From a virus: a stretch of DNA of 64,000 bases. The position numbers were made by a program, and so were the translations under genes. The notes under the pieces are model-generated. The model saw only the letters and a program-made list of their open reading frames with translations. It was not told the origin of the DNA and made no database searches. Within the stretch, counting starts at the first letter, position 1; the number at the start of each line of letters is the position of its first letter. Shown here one piece after another: positions 55,895 to 64,000 of the stretch. The stretch is from IMG/VR virus record IMGVR_UViG_3300025030_000012. One strand, given 5' to 3'.

Positions 55895-57385
55895 ATGGCC
55901 CTCACCGAAATCAAGATCGCGCCCGGTCTTTTCACGGTGACTACGGATCGTGGGGCAGTAAACCGTTGGAAATCCGGTAACAAGGTTCGTTTCCACAACG
56001 GCATGCCGCAGAAGCTCGGCGGCTGGCTGAAGTACGATACGGATACTTTCTCCGGTATCTGTCGTCTCCTGATTGACTTTGCTTCGCTCGCCCTTGTGCG
56101 CTACAAAGCCTTGGGTTGCACCAGCAAGTTCTACGTCGAGACCGGCGGCACTTTCTCCGATATTACCCCCGCAGGTCTGGCGGCCGGCGTGACTGATTCC
56201 ACTGATGGCGGCGCGCAATGCAGCGTCTGGACGGCTGACAACTGGGGCGAAGACCTCATCATCAATCGTCGCGGCGGGTCGATCTACAGGTGGGATACCT
56301 CCACTGGGGTTGGCACGGCTGCAGCGGTGATAGCTGCTGCGCCGACTTCGGCCAACGGCCTGTTCGTCTCGCCCCTGGGGCTGCATCTTGTCCTCTTGGG
56401 AGCCCACAACGGCACCTACCTGGACCCGATGCTGATCCGCTGGTCGAGTAGCCAAGACTACGATACGTGGACCGCTGCTGTCGGTAATACCGCGGGCTCC
56501 AAGCACCTGAGCACCGGCAATCAGATCATATGCGGCATCAAGACGCTCTCTGGCGAGTATGCCATCTTCACCGACAGTCATCTTTGGAGCATGACCTACG
56601 AGGGGCAGGACAACCTGACGTTCGACTTCCACGTCAGGGGAGAGAATCGTGGCATCCAGGGTCCCAATGCAGCCATCGAAGTGGACGGCATAATCTACTG
56701 GATGGGATCAAGGGACTTCATGGTCTACGACGGCACGATCAATGTCCTGCCCTGCGACGTGCACAACACCGTGTTCGGGGATGTGAAGACGCCGCTCATC
56801 AACACGGTCCAAGGCTTCAAGGTCACGGCCCACTTCAACAAGCAGTTCCGCGAAATCTGGTGGGACTACCCGGCCAATGCGCAAACCGAGAACACGAATT
56901 ACGTCATCTACAACATCGACGAGAAGCACTGGTCGTCGGGCACTCGTGTGAGAACGGCCGCCGTCGGAAACTCCGATATCTTCGATTACGTCTATGCAGC
57001 CGGCGCCGATGGTTACATCTATAAGCACGACAGCGGAACCGAGGACGGAACCGCAGCCATGACGGCGACCTTGGAGAGCTACGATATCGAGCTTCCGGGA
57101 AACGCGCAAATGAATGGCTCTGGCGAGTTTTTGGCATTCTGCGGTCGAGCGATACCAGACTTCAAGGCGCTCACCGGAACGGTGGCTATGAGTCTGAAAA
57201 CGAGGAAGTACCCACAGGGAGAGCAAATCACCAAGGGGCCGTACTCGATCACGTCATCGACCGGGAATGTGTCTGTGCGTGCTCGCGGGCGTCAGATAGC
57301 CATTGCCCTCACCAGCACCGCAGTCTCGGATGACTGGCGCTACGGTGGCATTCGCCTCGATTTGCAGCCTGACGGGAAAAAATAA
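55895..57385 (+). CDS. Tail tube/DNA-stabilisation protein (P22 gp10-like)
   Basis: W.SGNKVRF..G.PQKLGGW, WGEDL, LIRWS, IYWMG...F..YDG, FNKQFREIWW.YP. Confidence 0.75.
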   Translation: MALTEIKIAPGLFTVTTDRGAVNRWKSGNKVRFHNGMPQKLGGWLKYDTDTFSGICRLLIDFASLALVRYKALGCTSKFYVETGGTFSDITPAGLAAGVTDSTDGGAQCSVWTADNWGEDLIINRRGGSIYRWDTSTGVGTAAAVIAAAPTSANGLFVSPLGLHLVLLGAHNGTYLDPMLIRWSSSQDYDTWTAAVGNTAGSKHLSTGNQIICGIKTLSGEYAIFTDSHLWSMTYEGQDNLTFDFHVRGENRGIQGPNAAIEVDGIIYWMGSRDFMVYDGTINVLPCDVHNTVFGDVKTPLINTVQGFKVTAHFNKQFREIWWDYPANAQTENTNYVIYNIDEKHWSSGTRVRTAAVGNSDIFDYVYAAGADGYIYKHDSGTEDGTAAMTATLESYDIELPGNAQMNGSGEFLAFCGRAIPDFKALTGTVAMSLKTRKYPQGEQITKGPYSITSSTGNVSVRARGRQIAIALTSTAVSDDWRYGGIRLDLQPDGKK

Positions 57386-58761
57386 TGGACTTCGGTTTCC
57401 CTCGGTTCGGAAACACCTACAACGGCGCGCAGTTGCGCAATTTTTCCACGCGCGTCAGTAATGCGCTCAATAGAATCTACGGCAGAGACCCGCTCTTTTA
57501 TCACAAGAATGGGCTGGCTGGCGTCGTCATCGGTACTGCTGGAATTGCAGGAACTGATGCGACGGGGGCATACACGTTCTTCATTGATCCAGCGGATGGG
57601 GCGGCGAGTTTTGCGGGAGACATTACTGGATCAACGGGCACTTTCTATGGGTCCATATCCATTGGTACTTCACCTAACTGGTTCAAAGCGGACTCAAGCG
57701 GTATCTGGCTAGGCGGGGCGACGTTTGCCACATCGCCGTTCCGCGTCGCTATGGCTGGAACAGGCGTCATGGGAGGTTTCACCCTCGGCGCAACAACGCT
57801 GACCGCGACGAGCGGCGGCAACACGACCATTCTTTCCTCCGGGGCCACGTCTTTTTCCTCCGGCCCGACCGGATCGCCTACCGTGACGATCACGCAGGCG
57901 GGTGATATTGCCGTGTCAGGTAGTGCAATTTTCTCCGGGGCCACAAGCACCAGCAGCGGGCCGCCGGGAAACTCTGCCAACACCGCCGTTTATGTGAGCG
58001 GGGCAAAACACGGAATTGCCGCAATCGCCTCGGGCACATATGCGGCGCTCTACGCGGAAACGAGCGGGGCCGGCGCATCAGGTCCGAGTTTCTACGCGAC
58101 CAACAGCACCACAGGGACGGCAACGAATTGGCCCGTTCATGCCGTCTCGCTGACCGCGACCGTTGCGGCCATACAAGCCACTGCATACGGCACCGGGAAT
58201 GCCATTACCTCAAGTGGGCCGATCAAAATCACCGCAACGACTGCCCCGGCGCTCGACATCTGGAATACCCCGGTTGGAGCATCGAAATTCAGTGTGAATG
58301 GGAATAACGGCAACACGCTTATCGCCGGCACGCTCGGCGTAACGGGCGCGATTACAGGCAATCTCACCGGCAACGCTTCAGGAAGCGCGGCCACCGTGAC
58401 CGGCGCAGCGCAGACGGCTATCACTTCTCTTGGCACCCTTACTGGACTGACGATAGCAGGTAATGTCGATTCTGGTTCAGCGTGGACTCATGCGATCGGA
58501 TACCCAAATCCATTCTCGATTATATATGCGTTAACCCATTACGGTTACAGCATGTTGATGCCGGAAGACACCTCCGGCACGGTCTATAATGACAGTGCAA
58601 GCTTGGGTCAAATATCTATCCATCAGACACACAATCTGGCCGCCGCAAAGTACAAACTCGGTTCTGTACCTGGGACCGGCACCCCGCCCTTTATGTACTT
58701 CAACATCGGCGGCAAAGTTTGTTTGTTCGTTGACGCCACTGGCGCTGGAACGCAATGTTAA
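57385..58761 (+). CDS. Gly/Thr-rich tail needle or fibre protein
   Basis: G/T/A-rich repeats such as GTLGVTG and TSLGTLTGLT. Confidence 0.55.
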   Translation: MDFGFPRFGNTYNGAQLRNFSTRVSNALNRIYGRDPLFYHKNGLAGVVIGTAGIAGTDATGAYTFFIDPADGAASFAGDITGSTGTFYGSISIGTSPNWFKADSSGIWLGGATFATSPFRVAMAGTGVMGGFTLGATTLTATSGGNTTILSSGATSFSSGPTGSPTVTITQAGDIAVSGSAIFSGATSTSSGPPGNSANTAVYVSGAKHGIAAIASGTYAALYAETSGAGASGPSFYATNSTTGTATNWPVHAVSLTATVAAIQATAYGTGNAITSSGPIKITATTAPALDIWNTPVGASKFSVNGNNGNTLIAGTLGVTGAITGNLTGNASGSAATVTGAAQTAITSLGTLTGLTIAGNVDSGSAWTHAIGYPNPFSIIYALTHYGYSMLMPEDTSGTVYNDSASLGQISIHQTHNLAAAKYKLGSVPGTGTPPFMYFNIGGKVCLFVDATGAGTQC

Positions 58762-59031
58762 TAGGAGACAAGATGAAACTAATTGCAGCACTACTGTTGT
58801 TCGTATCAACACTTGAGTGCCAACTGGGAGAGCGGAAATGACCAAAGACGAGTGCATAGCCGTCGTCAAGAATCAAATTGAACTGATGAACGACAACGCC
58901 GGGAACAGGATTACCGTGGCGGTAGCCACTGGTATTTGCTTTTTACATGAACAGTTCGTCAACACATTGGTTGTAACCGAGAAGCCTGACGAGAAGGTTG
59001 CTGACCAGAAAAAGGTCAAGAAGGAATAGCC

Positions 59032-61152
59032 ATGGCACAATTCACAGACCAGCAGATACGCGAGTACATCGATCAGAATCTGAACAACCCGGACCTGCCT
59101 GCGCAGATCGCGGCAGCCGTCGCTGCTGGTCAAGTGACGTTGACAGATATCGCAAGGGTTTCCGGTGGTACTGTGCCCTGGCGGCAAGTAGCACAGTTTG
59201 CAGGGATACAGCCAACACTAACCGGACAAGAAGAAGAACAAATCCGGCAATATGTCATTGCGAATCGCGATAATCCTGCCGCAACCAGGGCAGCTATGGA
59301 GCAGGTCGGGGTTACTGCTGCCGATGTGAAGCGTGCCCTTGAACCAATTCGCGCCCAGGCTATGTCAACGGGCTATGACGAAGCAAATCAATGGCAAGGT
59401 GGGGACATAGGCCAGGGCGCAGGCGTCGATCCGATAGAGTTGCTGAACAAACTGTACTACGACGGCATAACCGTTGACCCGCAAAATACCGATGAGGTAG
59501 GCCGCTGGCTCAAGGCGCGCAATTCACAATCTGCTGCACATACACAACAGTTGCTAGCTGAGTTGTGGGGTGGCGCAGACAAGGTTCCGAAAGACGAGGA
59601 ATATCATCGCTTCGTTGATGCAACATGGCAAAAAATTGGCGACCAGGATCGTGCCGACAATCGGAGGATGAACACGATAGGGAAACTGATGGTAGGTGGA
59701 ATAAGCGGCGTTATAGCAGCGCCGTATTTGGCAGGAGCGATAGGATCGACCACAAGTGCTGGTGCGACGTATGGCGCGGGTGGAGGGGCATTGACTGCGG
59801 CTGAGATTGCAGCAGGAAATGCCGTCACAGCAGGCGGAGCCGGGGCGATCGGCGCGACCGCTGCCGACCTCTCAGGTGCGGCAGGCGTAGAACTGGCGGC
59901 CACTGGGGCGGAGATGACAGCCGCTGAAGCGGTAGCAGCGCAGCAGGCAGCGGCAGCGGCAGCGGCAGCCAAAGCCGCAGGAGTAGAAACGCTCGGCACA
60001 AAAGCTGCGGAAGCCGAAGCAGCGAAGGCAGCGGCTGCAAAAGCCGCTGCGAAGATTGCCGCCGGTGGCGCAGCAGCAATTACGACACTGCCTGATGCGG
60101 ATCACCCTTACGGGACGACAAATGGTGTCTCCAATGCAGGCCCGAACGACGAAGACCCGTATGGTGGAGACACAGAAAAAGCTGCTGAAGACTTACGGAC
60201 GGCGTACGCAACAGGCGATGACAGCATCATTTCGAGCGTGATTGACAAGATATCCAAGGCTTTTAAGCTGGGAAAGGATGTAATAACAAGCCTCGCCGGT
60301 AATCTTGGCCTCACCGGAGGCCAGTTTATCACTGGGGCGGCGCTGCTCGCCGCCATCGCTGCCGATGCCAAGACGGTAAAGCAGAATATCGTCACGACCA
60401 CCCCGGATCAAAAAATTACCGATGCCTCGGGCAATCTCATTGACTTGGCTAGGACGTATGCGCCGGCGATCATGAATTTGTCGGATAACGAGGTTTATGC
60501 AGGAAATCTCGCCGCCAGTTCAGTAGGCGCGACGCAGCCGTATCTGGACCGTTCTGCCGCTTTGACCGAGGCCGGCGCTGCGCCGATCACGCAAGCGCAA
60601 ATCGAGTCCTACATGAATCCATATCTGGATCTGGTGGCAGGCCGGGTAACGGAAGCCGGAAAGATTCAGGAGAACGCGGCGACGCGGCGTGCGGCGATGG
60701 CCGGGGCAGACTTACCAGGCACGACACCAGGCATGGGCAATCAGGCCGATATCGCCTCTGGAATCGTCGGCCGGAACACGCTCGATGCCTTGGGAGTAGT
60801 CTATGCCGGCGGCTTCGACAGGGCGCTCGGCGCGGCAGAGAGAGGAGCTGGACGACAACTGACCGGCGGCACGAATTTCGCGAACCTCGCCACGACAGCG
60901 CAGGAGGCGACAAACGCTCAGATCAGCAATCTGACTGAGACCGGATCGCTGGCGAGAGACGCCGCCATATCCGGGCTCAATGCTGGCGGTAACGTGATTG
61001 ACACGGCACGTCAAGGAATGCCTTCTACAGTCACGACCACGCTTCCTGCGCCGAGTACCACGGCACAACTGGTCGCCGCAGCGGCGGCTTTGAATGCCTT
61101 CGGTAACCGTCCACGGTACGATCCGAATACTGGTAATCTGATACCAAACTAA
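59032..61152 (+). CDS. Putative ejection (DNA pilot) protein
   Basis: Gly/Ala hydrophobic stretches, YMNPY motif, position after the tail genes. Confidence 0.55.
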   Translation: MAQFTDQQIREYIDQNLNNPDLPAQIAAAVAAGQVTLTDIARVSGGTVPWRQVAQFAGIQPTLTGQEEEQIRQYVIANRDNPAATRAAMEQVGVTAADVKRALEPIRAQAMSTGYDEANQWQGGDIGQGAGVDPIELLNKLYYDGITVDPQNTDEVGRWLKARNSQSAAHTQQLLAELWGGADKVPKDEEYHRFVDATWQKIGDQDRADNRRMNTIGKLMVGGISGVIAAPYLAGAIGSTTSAGATYGAGGGALTAAEIAAGNAVTAGGAGAIGATAADLSGAAGVELAATGAEMTAAEAVAAQQAAAAAAAAKAAGVETLGTKAAEAEAAKAAAAKAAAKIAAGGAAAITTLPDADHPYGTTNGVSNAGPNDEDPYGGDTEKAAEDLRTAYATGDDSIISSVIDKISKAFKLGKDVITSLAGNLGLTGGQFITGAALLAAIAADAKTVKQNIVTTTPDQKITDASGNLIDLARTYAPAIMNLSDNEVYAGNLAASSVGATQPYLDRSAALTEAGAAPITQAQIESYMNPYLDLVAGRVTEAGKIQENAATRRAAMAGADLPGTTPGMGNQADIASGIVGRNTLDALGVVYAGGFDRALGAAERGAGRQLTGGTNFANLATTAQEATNAQISNLTETGSLARDAAISGLNAGGNVIDTARQGMPSTVTTTLPAPSTTAQLVAAAAALNAFGNRPRYDPNTGNLIPN

Positions 61153-61161
61153 GGGGCTCAC

Positions 61162-62559
61162 ATGGCCGACGACACCGCAGAACTGATTCAGAGGATACTT
61201 GCTCGTGGTCCGACCGAGGAAGACCTTGCTCGCAAGCGGAGTATGGAATCCGAGAATGTTGGGCAGTTTTTCAAGGATGCTTGGGGAAATCTCAAGGGCA
61301 TTGTCAAGACGCCATACGACGTGCTGGAGAAGGGTATTCCGGCCACGTTTGGAGATCCAGGAGCGGGGCGCCGGGCACGGCAAGCGGCAAGTGAAGCGGC
61401 GGCAATGGGGTATCCAGTAGCCCAGTCAGTCATCCCGGGCGCAGCGCCGACTGGCGCACTTCCTGCACCGCAAGCCGCCCCCGTGGCACCGCCAGCGCCT
61501 GCAGCCGTGGCTCCGGTAGCCCGCGCGCGCGCGCTTCCGCCTCAAGCCGGCGCCATCGGCATGGTGCCGCAGGCCCAGGCGAATGCCTTGGAAGGCGCAA
61601 TTCCTCCCCAAGCTACTCCAGTCGCCGCGCCTGTTGCTCCTCCTGTTGCACCCGTCGCCGCTCCCGTGGTGCCGAAGTCAACGCTGGTCGAAGAATACAG
61701 CAAGGCACTCGAAAAGCTGAAAACAACGGATACTTCAGGGCGTCTCACGGCTGAACAGCAATATCGGTCGGAGCTTTCCTTCTGGCTGAACATGCTCGCC
61801 GCGGCTTCGGAGCCCGGAGCCCGGGCCGGCGGGGCAATCGGCAAAGCCGGTGCGGCAGCATTGGAAGGCATGACTAAGCAAGAAACCGAGAACAAAAAAG
61901 CCGCGATGGAGATGCTGAAGTCGAACAAGGAGGACGTGTATCGGCTGGCGATGCTGGCGGACAAGCAGGGTGACAACGAACTCGCCCAGGCCAAGTTGAA
62001 GGCTGAAATAGCGCACTGGGAGAACATCGACAAAGCGCAGGCCGAGCACTACAAGAACGAGGCCAAACGTCTCGAAAGAGAAAACCTCACGGCCATCGAA
62101 ACGTCGAAGGGCTTCCTTGCCATCGACAAGACCGGACGGGTAGCGCCGTACCTGATTACCGACAAAGACGGCAAGCCATTCATGCCAACGCCAAAGCAGC
62201 AGACTGACCCTCGTGCCGCTGAGATGCAGATGCTGGACCGCTGGACAAAATCGACGCCCGAGCAGAAGGAAGACATCGGTGCATTTTTGCAGGCGCGCGG
62301 GAAGGGGCCGAAGGAAGAACGAGATCGCCAAAAGGAGTTGATTGACAAAGAAATAGTGAAGGCGCTCGCCGATCCGATGAACAAGCTGACCGGCCCTCAA
62401 CTTCGGGAGAAGATCATGAGTGGGTTGACCGGCGCACAGGCAGGGGCTGGATTGCCAAGGTTCAATACATTGGAGGAAGCGCGGGCTGCAAAGAAGGCTG
62501 GCAAGATCAAGGCAGGAGATACGATTATGACTCCGACCGGGCCAATAGTGGTGAAATGA
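61162..62559 (+). CDS. Putative ejection protein
   Basis: Pro/Ala linker plus helical charged domain. Confidence 0.5.
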   Translation: MADDTAELIQRILARGPTEEDLARKRSMESENVGQFFKDAWGNLKGIVKTPYDVLEKGIPATFGDPGAGRRARQAASEAAAMGYPVAQSVIPGAAPTGALPAPQAAPVAPPAPAAVAPVARARALPPQAGAIGMVPQAQANALEGAIPPQATPVAAPVAPPVAPVAAPVVPKSTLVEEYSKALEKLKTTDTSGRLTAEQQYRSELSFWLNMLAAASEPGARAGGAIGKAGAAALEGMTKQETENKKAAMEMLKSNKEDVYRLAMLADKQGDNELAQAKLKAEIAHWENIDKAQAEHYKNEAKRLERENLTAIETSKGFLAIDKTGRVAPYLITDKDGKPFMPTPKQQTDPRAAEMQMLDRWTKSTPEQKEDIGAFLQARGKGPKEERDRQKELIDKEIVKALADPMNKLTGPQLREKIMSGLTGAQAGAGLPRFNTLEEARAAKKAGKIKAGDTIMTPTGPIVVK

Positions 62560-62560
62560 C

Positions 62561-64000
62561 ATGGGCTGGGAAGAAATTGGAGCGCCAGCAGAGGATTGGA
62601 GTGAGATAGGTGCCAGTCCAGAGGAACTTGCTGCTCGCAAGAAGCGCCCAGGCTTCATCCGTGAAGTCGCGCGCCAAGTTGGTGATGCTATTACTCACCA
62701 CGTTCCAGCCGCAATCGCTTCGACCATCGAGGGCGAGAAGCCGTTCAGCGCTACGGAACCACGCAATTTTCTGGATACTTTGGTCGAGCGTGGCCGCACC
62801 AAATCGAAGGAACGCGCTGCGGAGGGCGGTGAATCAGATCCTTTGCTTGGTGGCCTAATTACCCGCAGTGATGTACGCGACAACCTTGGGCCGAGCCTCG
62901 GGTTCTCCGCGGCTGGTATGGGAGCCGGCGTACTGGCTGGAATACCAGCCGGAATTGCTGGCACTGCTGTAGGTGGACTCGCAGGAGGAGCCATTGCCGG
63001 GTATGGCGCTGGTGGTGCTGCAAATTATGCGGCCATGCAGCGCAGTATGGCGAACCAGTTCCTGCGAGATGCTCGGGACAAGGAAGACGCCATTGCCGTC
63101 AAGGCTCGCGGGACGCCGCTCACGGATCAGGAGTGGGTCACTGGCTACGAGCCAAAGTACATAGAAAACGCTCGCGCATCCGGGCATTGGGAGGCGGGTC
63201 CGGAGGTCGCATCGAACGTTGCGCAGTTGGCGCTGCTTTCAACGCCCATAGGACGCATCATCAAGCCTCTGGCGAATAAGGGCCTGTTGACCAGGGGGGC
63301 GGCGAAACTGGGTGGAATGACGCTCGCCGAAGTCCCTTCAGAGGCGCTCACCAACATCAAGCAGCAGCCGCTTCAAGTCGAGTCCGGATTACAAGAGGGG
63401 CCAGCCTACAAGACCGACAGCGCGAGCGACTGGTGGAAGGCGACGAAGGATATCCTGGCTCCGACGCTGATTCAGACCGCATTGATGGGCGGCGCTGGTG
63501 CGGTCGCCGTGAAGGCGCATTCCTACTTGACCGACCGCGACATCGCCAAAGACATACTGGACCGCGCCGTTAGGGGCGATCTCCCAATGCCCACGGCCCC
63601 GCCGGCTGTCGTTCCTGGTGCCCCTCCTTCACCAGACGCGGTACAGGCGGCGGCCGGGGCACCAGTCGAGCCTGTAGTGCCCGTCCTCGAAACCGAGACC
63701 GGACGCATCACCCCGGCTGGAAAACGCCAGCGCGAGGCCGAAAAGAAGGCCAGAGGGGCAGAATTCCGAGACCTGATGCTTTCCGAGCAGGAGGACTTGG
63801 CTCGCCGTAAGGCTGATATCGAGGTCAAGACTGTTGCGGCGCAGCAAGCCTTCCTGGACCAAGCCGAAGCCGAACGCGCCTCGGCGCAGGAGACGCTGGA
63901 CCGCACCATCGAGGGGAACCGGCAGCGGCAGTCCGAAACCGGGCGGTTCGCGGTCCTGGACGGCATTCTTGCCGACGAGGCCATCGTCAACCCGGTCGAA
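62561..64000 (+). CDS. Giant virion protein, N-terminal part (runs off the window)
   Basis: ATG 62561 MGWEEIGAPAEDW...; no stop seen in this frame; glycine-zipper hydrophobic segment. Absent from the ORF track because it has no stop. Confidence 0.7.
   Translation, partial: MGWEEIGAPAEDWSEIGASPEELAARKKRPGFIREVARQVGDAITHHVPAAIASTIEGEKPFSATEPRNFLDTLVERGRTKSKERAAEGGESDPLLGGLITRSDVRDNLGPSLGFSAAGMGAGVLAGIPAGIAGTAVGGLAGGAIAGYGAGGAANYAAMQRSMANQFLRDARDKEDAIAVKARGTPLTDQEWVTGYEPKYIENARASGHWEAGPEVASNVAQLALLSTPIGRIIKPLANKGLLTRGAAKLGGMTLAEVPSEALTNIKQQPLQVESGLQEGPAYKTDSASDWWKATKDILAPTLIQTALMGGAGAVAVKAHSYLTDRDIAKDILDRAVRGDLPMPTAPPAVVPGAPPSPDAVQAAAGAPVEPVVPVLETETGRITPAGKRQREAEKKARGAEFRDLMLSEQEDLARRKADIEVKTVAAQQAFLDQAEAERASAQETLDRTIEGNRQRQSETGRFAVLDGILADEAIVNPVE

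Noticed and set aside
42795-63990. Long antisense ORFs over the structural genes
   Set aside because: Typical shadows of GC-rich coding sequence, with no motifs or SD support.

Overview
The whole window is bacteriophage DNA (genetic code 11). It has a short-tailed, P22-like virion module, lambdoid-style recombination and replication genes, and spanins that imply a Gram-negative host. Order on the + strand: the 3' part of a giant PLxRFG-domain virion protein carrying an intein (1-4076); a leftward early operon (13.5 to 4.2 kb) that starts with three tandem Y-RNA-like ncRNAs and a Ro60/TROVE gene, then RecT-like recombinase, exonuclease, KTSC and a Tat-signal protein; a rightward operon with HTH, replication genes, repeat proteins, HNH nucleases, GH19 endolysin, DNA methylase and nested spanins; a leftward accessory operon with a split LapG/BTLCP-like cysteine peptidase; terS, a stand-alone Fis-type HTH, a C5-methylase, an initiator-like tRNA and terL with an Ala-start class 3 intein; an antisense array of 14 intact tRNAs plus two tRNAs split by HNH cassettes; then portal, GroES-like, scaffold, major capsid, tail and ejection genes; and finally the 5' end of a giant virion protein that runs off the window. 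No integrase, DNA polymerase, reverse transcriptase, rRNA or CRISPR array was seen. Strongest leads: the Ro60 plus triple Y-RNA unit, a ten-copy TGT-N10-ACA palindrome set with a candidate Fis-HTH binder, HNH cassettes inserted in tRNA anticodon arms, and the split lipoprotein/BTLCP peptidase. All assignments come from reading motifs by eye; no database searches or folding programs were run.
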